Source: Proteiniphilum sp. UBA5283
Lineage (GTDB): Bacteria; Bacteroidota; Bacteroidia; Bacteroidales; Dysgonomonadaceae
DNA: 64,000 bases
Direction: 5' to 3'
NCBI GenBank assembly: GCA_002408485.1
Contig: DHSP01000029.1
Span: 1,977 to 65,976 of the forward strand
Shown here: positions 32,132 through 41,808 of the stretch, in pieces
How the letters are laid out: every line of letters begins with the position of its first letter
Position numbering within the stretch: position 1 is the first letter of the stretch
Position numbers and translations under genes: made by a program
The notes under the pieces: model-generated
What the model was told of the DNA's origin: nothing
Seen by the model: the letters and a program-made list of their open reading frames with translations, nothing else
Databases searched by the model: none

Positions 32132-32176
32132 AAAGTATTTTTTAAATATTTACCGATTCAGCCTGCTAAACTATTT

Positions 32177-33313
32177 TTATTTATCTTTTCCAGCAGAGAG
32201 CTGTTCAATCAGCTGTGTAACCACAGCTTTTGGCTGATGGTCGCGGTCGAACAGCAGTGGATAATCGGTCCGTCCTCTGGCAGGAAAATTATTTTTCCAC
32301 GAATCTCCGTCACTCACCCCCCACATGGTCACGCGCAACACATGATCGCTATTTTTTAGAAAGAGATTGAAGAAATCCATCATTCTGTTGTTCCATGCGA
32401 GCATCACATCTTCGGGTAAACCTTCTGTATAGGGATCAATCTCTTTGCGGTATGCTTCCCGGTCGGCCAGGTTGGCTCCACCCATCCGGCGTGGTTCGGG
32501 CAGTGGGCTCAGATCAAATTCGGTGACCAGAACCTTCACACCGGCATTTACGTAGTCGTTGATGGTTTCCTGGTATGCTTCAATAGTGGGGTTTGTCATA
32601 CCCACGTGGGCCTGCATTCCAATACCATCTATGCGGATACCCCTGTCTCTCAGAGTGTTGATCAGACGAACCACCGTTTCTCTTTTCTTAGGATACCATT
32701 CGTTGTAATCGTTGTAATAGAGTTCCGCATCGGGATCTGCTTCCTGTGCATATTGAAAGGCAAGGGGGATAAACTCTTCTCCCAGAATTTCGTAGAATTT
32801 ACTTTTCCTGTATGATCCGTCCTCCAGAATTGCCTCGTTTACCACATCCCATCCCTTGATGACTCCTTTGTAGCGGCCCACGACGGTTGAGATGTGTTCC
32901 TTCATTCTCTTTTTCAGTTCCTCCGGTGAAACGTTTTCTCCGTTGTCGTCCACACAGAACCATGGCGGCAATTGTGAATGCCAGATCAGGCAATGGCCGG
33001 TGATAGTCAGGTTGTTGTCCGTGCCAAACTTCACAAACTCGTCGGCATCGCTGAAGTCGTAACGACCCTTTTCTTTAAGGAGTTCACCGCTTTTCATGCA
33101 GTTTTCGGCTACAATGGCATTGAAGTGTTCCTGAACGATACGGACTGCGGCCGTGTCTTTTCCGGAGGACTGACGCGTGTTCAATGCTACGCCAATCAGG
33201 AATTTGTCTTGTAGTACATCTTTTAATGCTGGATCTTTTTTGACTACGTTGTTACTGCATGCCTGTATGGCAAAAGCAGTAAACAGCAATAATAAAATTT
33301 TCATTCTTTTCAT
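32177..33313 (-). CDS. GH10 endo-1,4-beta-xylanase (single domain, Xyn10B-like), lipoprotein
   Basis: Motifs IVAENCMK, GHCLIWHSQ, WDVVNEA, LYYNDYN, GIGMQAH, LVTEFDL and RTDYPLLFDR. Lipobox IQAC. Start is 33313 or 33304. Confidence 0.95.
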   Translation of the reverse strand: MKRMKILLLLFTAFAIQACSNNVVKKDPALKDVLQDKFLIGVALNTRQSSGKDTAAVRIVQEHFNAIVAENCMKSGELLKEKGRYDFSDADEFVKFGTDNNLTITGHCLIWHSQLPPWFCVDDNGENVSPEELKKRMKEHISTVVGRYKGVIKGWDVVNEAILEDGSYRKSKFYEILGEEFIPLAFQYAQEADPDAELYYNDYNEWYPKKRETVVRLINTLRDRGIRIDGIGMQAHVGMTNPTIEAYQETINDYVNAGVKVLVTEFDLSPLPEPRRMGGANLADREAYRKEIDPYTEGLPEDVMLAWNNRMMDFFNLFLKNSDHVLRVTMWGVSDGDSWKNNFPARGRTDYPLLFDRDHQPKAVVTQLIEQLSAGKDK

Positions 33314-33536
33314 GTTATTCATTGATCTGTTTATAGTGTGTGTTTCTTCACACATTTTTCCGCATCACTCTTACCGGGGTAGTAGTATCAGTTTTCCCTG
33401 TTACAAATAAACCATGTTTATGGGATCTTTTCATCCAATATTAGATATTATTATCCTTTTTTTAGGTATTTGTCGTTTGGGTAATTGAAGGTGACTGAAG
33501 GATAGTTGTTGATAGTGAGTTGCCTGTGTGCAGAAA

Positions 33537-33580
33537 TTACTCCCGTAAATGATTCGTGCAGGAAAAATTCACGGGAGTAA
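33537..33580 (-). terminator. Stem-loop (putative terminator/stabiliser) after the CE1 gene
   Basis: 10-bp perfect stem TTACTCCCGT/ACGGGAGTAA about 20 nt after the stop. The U-tract is weak. Confidence 0.55.
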
Positions 33581-33600
33581 AAAAAACGAATTACGGCTGG

Positions 33601-34899
<1,299 letters not shown>

Positions 34900-34921
34900 T
34901 TAAACTGAGATTGTTTAAAAT

Positions 34922-34958
34922 TCTGCCGGAGGAGACCATGCAACCTCACTCCGGCAGA
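34922..34958 (-). terminator. GC-rich stem-loop after the third susD
   Basis: 10-bp perfect stem TCTGCCGGAG/CTCCGGCAGA, followed by ATTTT on the minus strand. Confidence 0.6.
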
Positions 34959-34999
34959 TCGGCATCAGAAAAAGAAAATGAAAAAGAAAATGAAATTGT

Positions 35000-36679
35000 T
35001 TACCATCCCGGGTTTTGTGTCAGATTGGGGTTGATGGATGTTACATTGTAGGGGTACGGGAACCACTCGTGCTTACCTTCCTTGAATCCAATCTGTTTTC
35101 CTGCATTAGGTTCAGAGTAAGTGAGGTATCCTCTGTGCGCAGGTTCCTTGTCGTTGATAAAAGCATCTTTCAACGAAGGGATATGCGTCCCCGCTTTTTT
35201 TGCTTTCTCAAACTCTTTCCACCGTTTCATATCGATCCAGCGTGAACCTTCCATCCAGAGTTCATAGTTTCGTTCTTTCTTTACATCATTCAATGTCAGT
35301 GAGTTACTTACATAGTTTGATCCAGCCCGTTGCTGAACCATCCGCAAATACTGAAGGCCATCGTTGTCGCTTGTCTGAGCGCAGGCTTCGGCATACATCA
35401 ACAGCACATCGGCATACCGTGTGATGATGAAGTTGTTGAACCGGTACCAGTTGGTTGAGCGGTCTTCCTTGGCGACGATATGCTTTCTTTGCAGATAATT
35501 GCTTTGTCCGTAGAGCCCGTCAGGATTGATGATGCCTCTCTTCGGATCGGCAAGTTTCTGAGCTTTGGTCATTTTGTTGATGTCTCCGCCATCGCTGGGC
35601 CACTCAAGCTCTGTCAGAAACTCCTCATAAGTGATGATGGTGGCTTTGCGGCGATAAGAATCTCCATCATTGGCTGCGAACTCATTAGCGAAAGTTTCTT
35701 CAATGGCCAGACCGCCCCATCCCTGATCGGCCTGCATTGTTGGAGAAGCTGCAAGACGCGATGATCTCCATCCCCAAAGATTCATTTCCATCCACGTGGA
35801 GCGTTGAATTTTTCCGCTCCAGTCACCAATGCTGGCATTGTTGATCAGGTTCAGCTCGAATACTTTCTCTTCGTTGCCGTCGCCGGAAAGGTGGAATAGA
35901 TTCCCAAATTCCTCCCCGGGAACAAGTGCATACTTACCTGAAGAAATTACGTTCTTGAGCGCTGCTTTCGCACCGGCATAGTCACCTGCATTGAGAAGAG
36001 CCTTCCCCTGAACAGTCCAGGCAAATCCCTTCGTCACTTTTACCGCACCATCCTTATCCGAAGTGCTTTTACGCTCGTCGAGATACTGAACTGCCTCTGA
36101 TGCTTCTTTTGCACACCATTTGAGCAGATCTTCATGGGTGCCCTCAAAATTTGACGGTTTGTCGGTGCCGAGTAGAACACGGTCAATCAGGGGCGGGGTG
36201 CCCCATGCCAGGGCGGCCGTCATGTGACACCAGGCGCGGATGACCCTTGCTTCGGAAATACAGCGGTCTTTTACGGCACTTTGTCCATACTCGAAGTTGT
36301 TTATTACCAGGTTGGAGTGGTAGATCACGAAGTATAAGCGCCTGTATAGCTGATAAACCACTGAGCTTTGCGAATCGAACCGGAATTCATTGATGCTGGC
36401 AAACTGATCGTTGTCTCCATAGTATTCTCCGGCTGCCAGTACATTATCAGCACAATAGTTGAAGATGATGTTGTAGGGGACGTAGATGCCGTCGTTACCA
36501 CCAATATTTGTGATGAAATCTCCATATAGATTTACGAGTGCTGACTCAGCATCTTCATCTGTCTTATAGAATGAGTCGATGTCAATCACTCCTTTCTGTG
36601 GAATATCGAGGAGATCCACGTCACAAGCAGAGAAGAGGGCAACTGCAACGAATAATAGGGGAAATATATATTTTTTCAT
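35000..36679 (-). CDS. susD: SusD/RagB family lipoprotein
   Basis: Start MKKYIFP (36679) and lipobox FSAC. Motifs RYADVLLMYAEA, ERNYELWMEGSRWIDMKRW and QNPGW. Confidence 0.96.
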   Translation of the reverse strand: MKKYIFPLLFVAVALFSACDVDLLDIPQKGVIDIDSFYKTDEDAESALVNLYGDFITNIGGNDGIYVPYNIIFNYCADNVLAAGEYYGDNDQFASINEFRFDSQSSVVYQLYRRLYFVIYHSNLVINNFEYGQSAVKDRCISEARVIRAWCHMTAALAWGTPPLIDRVLLGTDKPSNFEGTHEDLLKWCAKEASEAVQYLDERKSTSDKDGAVKVTKGFAWTVQGKALLNAGDYAGAKAALKNVISSGKYALVPGEEFGNLFHLSGDGNEEKVFELNLINNASIGDWSGKIQRSTWMEMNLWGWRSSRLAASPTMQADQGWGGLAIEETFANEFAANDGDSYRRKATIITYEEFLTELEWPSDGGDINKMTKAQKLADPKRGIINPDGLYGQSNYLQRKHIVAKEDRSTNWYRFNNFIITRYADVLLMYAEACAQTSDNDGLQYLRMVQQRAGSNYVSNSLTLNDVKKERNYELWMEGSRWIDMKRWKEFEKAKKAGTHIPSLKDAFINDKEPAHRGYLTYSEPNAGKQIGFKEGKHEWFPYPYNVTSINPNLTQNPGW

Positions 36680-36708
36680 ATGACTAAAATTATTTATTTT
36701 CAAAGGTG

Positions 36709-36772
36709 TCATATGGAACTCGCATTCGTCATGATCTTGTACGATAATGATTGTCATGCTCGTTTCATATGA
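36709..36772 (-). repeat. Dispersed intergenic hairpin element, copy B (between susC and susD)
   Basis: mRNA-strand sequence UCAUAUGAAAC-GA-GCAUG...CAUG...AUGC-GA-GUUCCAUAUGA. Confidence 0.85.
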
Positions 36773-36785
36773 TTAATGTGTTGAA

Positions 36786-39700
36786 TTAGAATGTAATGTT
36801 AAGACCGAATGTGATCTTCTTTGATTGAGGATAGGTCCCGTTGTCAAAGCCTGCACGTTGGGGAGCGGTACTTACAGTGGCTGTTTCAGGATCAACGCCC
36901 GGATAGTTGGTAAAGGTGATGAAATCATCGAGCGATACATAGAGCCTCAGTCTGTCGATAAGTGCCTTCCTGGAAATATCCTCCGGAATGGTATATCCCA
37001 ACTGAATCTGTTTGATTTTAAAGTAAGCTCCGCTGAACATGGAGGCAGATGACCCCCAGAAATGCCAGTCAGTGGCTACAGCTTTGGGGTCAGGCATGGA
37101 AGCATTTTTGTTCTCTGGTGTCCAGGCATTGTCATAATAGTACTTGAGTGAGTTACGCATGGGTGTATCTGCCCGGTATAACACCGTGAAGATGTTATTG
37201 CCTCCTACGCCGGCGCCGAATATATTCAGATCAAGGCCCTTGTAAGCCAGGCTCAGGTTCAAGCCGTATGTGTAATCAGGAATTGCCTTTCCGATGTAGG
37301 TCATATCGGCGTCGGAAATCTGATTATCTTCGTTTAAATCCCTGATAATGGCTTCACCTGTTTCCGGATTCACGCCATCGTATTTGTATCCTCTGAAATA
37401 CCAGATAGGTTTTCCTACCTCGAATGCAGTGCGGATAGGGTTGTTGGTGCCGTCTACTCCACCGGTGGCTCCTTCCAGTCTCGAAATAGAGGGATCGAGG
37501 TAGGTAACCTCGTTGTGGAGTGTCGAGAAGTTAGCGCTGATAGAATAGCTAAAATCACCGATAAGGTCTTTCCAGGAAGCTTCCAGTTCTAACCCTCTGT
37601 TAAGCACTGACCCTGCGTTGACGGTTGTAGATCCAACTCCGATTTCAGGAACAGGATTGATGTCTACCAGGAGATCAATGGTTTTTTTGTTGAAATAGTC
37701 TGCTGAAATGGCAAGTCTACTTTTCAGGAATCTGAGATCTACACCCAGGTCGAGTTGTTCCGAGGTTTCCCATTTGAGATTCGGGTTGGCCAGTCCGGAA
37801 GGCTTGGAGCCATAGGAAGGGGCACCGTCCTCAACGCCATACTGGTACCAGGAGCTGTTATAGGAGATGGTAGTGCTATACTTGTAATTATTGAGTACAT
37901 TGATATTCCCGTTTTGTCCCCAGGAGGCACGGAGTTTTAGTAAAGAGAATGCATCCGGGTTGATCGCTTCAGCAAAAAATGATTCGTTGCTGATCGTCCA
38001 GCCTGCGGAGAACGAGGGAAAATAACCCCACCTGTTTGTTGCCGGCAATTTGGAAGAGTCAAAAGCGTCGGCACGGAAGTTGGCCTGGAGGGTATAACGG
38101 TTGTCATAAGAATAAACAAGACGTCCAAAGTAGGATATTTGTGTTGATTTGCCGGGCAGATTACCGTAGCCCTTCACTGTCTTTTCCACACCGTCGACCA
38201 TGTTGCTTTTCACGTAATCGATATATCGGAAATTTGGTTCGTATCCTTTCAGAATATCGGGTCCCTGTGCACTGGTGCTCACGTTGTCCCAGCTGTTCTC
38301 GATATACGACATACCCCCCATGGCGGTGATGTTATGCCTGTCGATGGTAAGGTTATAGTTGGCGAAGTTTTCAAATTGATAATACAGACTGGTATTTGCA
38401 TTCGCAGAGATGTTGTAATCATCTGACTTTGCCTGAGCTGTGGCATAATAGGGCGTGCTAAAGCTGTGTTCGTTGCTCTGTGCCACTCTGTATCCTAAGC
38501 GTGAGGTAATCACCAGTCCTTTCACTGGCTTTAAGTTTCCAAAGAGTACGCCACGGAGTGAAACGCCTCCATTCTCACGGTCAACACGGTCTCTTTGGAG
38601 CAGAGGATTGCCACTATCGTCAGTGATATACTTCGAAGTCGCATAGTAGAGGTTGTTGGAAGGGTCCTTGAGGATTATTTTACCTTCATCGTAAGCCTGC
38701 TTCATAGTCGGTGCAAATTCGTTGGGACTAGAGTAGTAAACCGGAGTCAATGGGTCGATTGTCAGTACGGAGTTCATCAGTGATCCGTATTGAGTCATAT
38801 GTGGAACCGATTTGGTTGACCATTTTTCGATGGAGGTGTTGGTACCTACCTGAAACCACTTTTTAATATTGTAGTCGGCATTGATCTGAGCAGAGAGGCG
38901 TTTGTACACGTCCTTGTCTCCTTTTACAATGCCATCATTGTGGATATAGTTAATGGATGTAAAATAATTTCCCTGGTTATTACCACCCTGAAAAGTGATT
39001 GTATGTTTTTTGCTCCACGAAGGTTCGAATACTGCATCAAACCAGTCGGTGTCGGTGCCATCATATCCATTTGCCTCCAGTTGCGTTTCGATTGGAAGAC
39101 CCGACATCTTTTTATATTCAATAAAATCTTTCGCTCCGAAAATTTGAGGATGCCGGGCAAGACGCTGGCTGGCGTAGCTGACATCGTAGGTGATGCTGGA
39201 GGTACCCTTGGCAGAAGCACCTGATTTTGTGGTAATCAAAACGACACCATTTCCTGCTGCAGCCCCATAAATGGCTGCAGAGGCAGCATCCTTCAGTATC
39301 TCTATGGACTCAATCATGGATGGGTCAAGGTATTGGATGTTGTCTACCTGAAGGCCGTCAACAATGAGTAGTGGCCCAATTTTATCGGAGTTTGAAGAAT
39401 AACCACGTACACGGATGGACGCTCCCTGACCCGGAGCACCGGAATTGGTCAGTACCTGCACGCCGGAAGCCTTTCCTTGAAGAGCAGCTGCTGCATCGGG
39501 AGTAACTAAATTTTGGAGCGATTTTGAGCTGACAGATGCCACGGCGCCGGAAACGTCGCTCTTTCTCATGGTGCCATAACCAACCACCACAATCTCTTCA
39601 AGGCCTGTGGTAGTCTCCGTGAGGGCAACATTGATGGTGGTTTGATTGCCAATTGTTATTTCCTGTGTATCCATCCCCACAAAGGAAAAAACCAGTACAT

Positions 39701-39899
39701 ATCCCTGTCCGGGTACAGTGATTTTGTAATTACCATCAATATCGGTAGTCGTTCCGTTTTGTGTCCCTTTCAGCAGTACCGTAACTCCTGGAATCGGATC
39801 GCGTTTGCTGTCCGTAACGTTGCCTCTCACTTGCATCTGTGCAAATGTGGCAATGCTGAAACATAGCCCAAAAAATAAAAATAATACTCTTTTTTTCAT
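36786..39899 (-). CDS. susC: SusC/RagA TonB-dependent transporter
   Basis: Motifs EEIVVVGYG, IEILKDAASAAIYGAAAGNGVVLITTK, NPNLKWETSEQ and C-terminal LNITF. Start is 39899 or 39905. Confidence 0.97.
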   Translation of the reverse strand: MKKRVLFLFFGLCFSIATFAQMQVRGNVTDSKRDPIPGVTVLLKGTQNGTTTDIDGNYKITVPGQGYVLVFSFVGMDTQEITIGNQTTINVALTETTTGLEEIVVVGYGTMRKSDVSGAVASVSSKSLQNLVTPDAAAALQGKASGVQVLTNSGAPGQGASIRVRGYSSNSDKIGPLLIVDGLQVDNIQYLDPSMIESIEILKDAASAAIYGAAAGNGVVLITTKSGASAKGTSSITYDVSYASQRLARHPQIFGAKDFIEYKKMSGLPIETQLEANGYDGTDTDWFDAVFEPSWSKKHTITFQGGNNQGNYFTSINYIHNDGIVKGDKDVYKRLSAQINADYNIKKWFQVGTNTSIEKWSTKSVPHMTQYGSLMNSVLTIDPLTPVYYSSPNEFAPTMKQAYDEGKIILKDPSNNLYYATSKYITDDSGNPLLQRDRVDRENGGVSLRGVLFGNLKPVKGLVITSRLGYRVAQSNEHSFSTPYYATAQAKSDDYNISANANTSLYYQFENFANYNLTIDRHNITAMGGMSYIENSWDNVSTSAQGPDILKGYEPNFRYIDYVKSNMVDGVEKTVKGYGNLPGKSTQISYFGRLVYSYDNRYTLQANFRADAFDSSKLPATNRWGYFPSFSAGWTISNESFFAEAINPDAFSLLKLRASWGQNGNINVLNNYKYSTTISYNSSWYQYGVEDGAPSYGSKPSGLANPNLKWETSEQLDLGVDLRFLKSRLAISADYFNKKTIDLLVDINPVPEIGVGSTTVNAGSVLNRGLELEASWKDLIGDFSYSISANFSTLHNEVTYLDPSISRLEGATGGVDGTNNPIRTAFEVGKPIWYFRGYKYDGVNPETGEAIIRDLNEDNQISDADMTYIGKAIPDYTYGLNLSLAYKGLDLNIFGAGVGGNNIFTVLYRADTPMRNSLKYYYDNAWTPENKNASMPDPKAVATDWHFWGSSASMFSGAYFKIKQIQLGYTIPEDISRKALIDRLRLYVSLDDFITFTNYPGVDPETATVSTAPQRAGFDNGTYPQSKKITFGLNITF

Positions 39900-40091
39900 A
39901 GACATAGTGTTTAAAAAAAATAAATTTAACAAAATATGAGATACCGAACTTTGCCTGTAATGAAATTTTTATACACAAAAAAATATACCGATATCATCGA
40001 ATTCCTTCCGAAATCATCATGTGTTGTATATCTGTAGGATACCGGTAGGTGATTTATATCGATTTTGTTTTGATGGTATTCTAAATATTCC

Positions 40092-40147
40092 CAAAAATAT
40101 GGTATTAAAACGGCGATTAGGTTAAATAATCTTTATTACAGGAGGAT
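40092..40147 (-). promoter_or_regulatory. Promoter of the third susC: ATCCTCCT box 48 bp upstream of a -7 box
   Basis: Minus strand ATCCTCCT starts at 40147 and TATTTTTG starts at 40099. Confidence 0.7.
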
Positions 40148-40220
40148 AAATTCGTTAAGAATAGTTTTGTCCTCCTAAATATATAAAAAGTCTCCGTCTC
40201 CTTTCGTCGCTTGCAGCTTA

Positions 40221-40276
40221 ATCCTCCTATCGGTAAAATTCATCCACCCAACTGTAGGAAAGGGTATGTATCTTTG
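40221..40276 (+). promoter_or_regulatory. Promoter of GH43-CBM6: direct repeat ATCCTCC/ATCCACC (21-bp period) plus a -7 box
   Basis: ATCCTCCT at 40221, ATCCACCC at 40242 and TATCTTTG at 40269. Confidence 0.72.
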
Positions 40277-40390
40277 TTCAGTAAATGTATCTGTAGATTA
40301 CTCTCATGTGTTATAGATGCAAAGCAATGCTTAAAATAACACGATAAATGCATGAAAATACTAACGATAAATAATATGTGTCAAGAATTT

Positions 40391-41716
40391 ATGAAAAAAG
40401 AAATCCTGTTATTGCTGTTTGTTTGTTTTTCTTTTACCGTGTACAGCCAAAACCCGATTGTGCGCGATCAGTTTACGGCGGATCCCACAGCCAGAGTTTT
40501 TGAAGGAAAGATCTATCTTTATCCGTCGCACGATATCCCGAGTCCGGTTGAAAGACTGAAGGAGTGGTTCTGTATGGCCGATTACCATGTTTTTTCATCC
40601 GACAACCTGATCGACTGGCAGGACCATGGTGTTATTGTCAGTCAGGAGAATGTACCCTGGGTAGCCCCTGAGTCTTACTCCATGTGGGCACCTGATTGCG
40701 TTTATAAAGATGGAAAGTATTATTTTTATTTTCCCTCTGCTCCTGCCGGTGAGAACAGACGGGGATTTGCTATCGGAGTAGCTGTTTCCGACACGCCTTA
40801 TGGTCCCTTTATCCCCGAAGCAAAACCCATTGAGGGCGTTGGAGGTATAGATCCCTGCGTCTTGATCGACGACGATGGCGAGGCCTATATCTACTGGTCC
40901 GGCCGGGGTATGTCTGTGGCACGTCTCAAAAAGAACATGCTGGAACTGGATGGTGAACCTACTCAAATAGAGGGACTTCCAGAGGGTTTTAAAGAGGGGC
41001 CGTTTGTTTTTAAAAGAAAGGGTATATACTATTATACCTTTCCCTGGGTAAAGGATAAGACCGAAACACTGGCGTATGCTACCGGAGATAATCCGATGGG
41101 CCCTTTTACGTTTCAGGGGATCATCATGGAAGAGTCACCGACCGGTTGCTGGACAAATCATCATTCCATCGTGGAGTATAAGGACCAGTGGTATCTTTTT
41201 TACCATCACAACGATTACTCACCCTCTTTCGACAAGAACCGGTCGGCACGGATCGATGCACTCTTTTTCAATTCTGACGGCACCATTCGGAAGGTAACAC
41301 CCACCTTTCGTGGTGTAGGTGTTTCGCCTGCAACCGGTAAGGTGCATCCCGACCGCTTCAGTGCAGTCAGTCAAAGTGGCACCTCCATTGCCTTTGTGAG
41401 CGATGAAAACCCGTTTGAGGGATGGAAGATGAAATTGGAGGAGAAAGGGGCATGGGTGCGTTACGAACGTGTCGACTTTGGTGAGGGCGGACAGCAAATG
41501 GTAAAAGCCAGGGTGCAGTCATCTACGGGCTGCACGGTGCGCCTGCAAGCCGGGGATACCGGCCGCAGTGTGATGACAGAACTGGAGGTGCCTGTGACGG
41601 GAAGCTGGCAGGAGATAACTGTACCGATAAAATACGCTCCGAAAGGAATACATGACATCCAACTTACGCTCATCGACGAAGGGATGGCCGAGATTGACTG
41701 GATCAGCTTCGAATAA
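40391..41716 (+). CDS. GH43 arabinofuranosidase/xylosidase with C-terminal CBM6
   Basis: Motifs QNPIVRDQFTADPTARVF, MWAPDC, GIDPCV, FKEGPF and TNHHSIVEYKDQWYLFYH. CBM6-like WVRYERVDFG...IDWISFE. Start MKKEIL (40391). Confidence 0.93.
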   Translation: MKKEILLLLFVCFSFTVYSQNPIVRDQFTADPTARVFEGKIYLYPSHDIPSPVERLKEWFCMADYHVFSSDNLIDWQDHGVIVSQENVPWVAPESYSMWAPDCVYKDGKYYFYFPSAPAGENRRGFAIGVAVSDTPYGPFIPEAKPIEGVGGIDPCVLIDDDGEAYIYWSGRGMSVARLKKNMLELDGEPTQIEGLPEGFKEGPFVFKRKGIYYYTFPWVKDKTETLAYATGDNPMGPFTFQGIIMEESPTGCWTNHHSIVEYKDQWYLFYHHNDYSPSFDKNRSARIDALFFNSDGTIRKVTPTFRGVGVSPATGKVHPDRFSAVSQSGTSIAFVSDENPFEGWKMKLEEKGAWVRYERVDFGEGGQQMVKARVQSSTGCTVRLQAGDTGRSVMTELEVPVTGSWQEITVPIKYAPKGIHDIQLTLIDEGMAEIDWISFE

Positions 41717-41735
41717 AAACTGCTGATCGTAAAAC

Positions 41736-41767
41736 AGAAACCGTTCAATTTTCATCGGTTTCTTTTT
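41736..41767 (+). terminator. Intrinsic terminator between the convergent GH43 and HTCS genes
   Basis: AGAAACCG-loop-CGGTTTCTTTTT. Confidence 0.7.
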
Positions 41768-41808
41768 CCAAAGCCGACAGCTGTTTGCAGATCACTGAAA
41801 AATGGCCC

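Noticed and set aside
34969-34992. Tandem 12-mer AAAAAGAAAATG x2 after susD
   Set aside because: Only two low-complexity units, likely slippage, with no evidence of phase variation.
36709-36772. Hairpin element as an integron attC site (AAC...GTT core inside an imperfect inverted repeat next to genes)
   Set aside because: The flanks do not fit RYYYAAC/GTTRRRY, the mismatches are symmetric rather than extrahelical, there is no integrase in the window, and the neighbours are core PUL genes such as a susC-susD pair.
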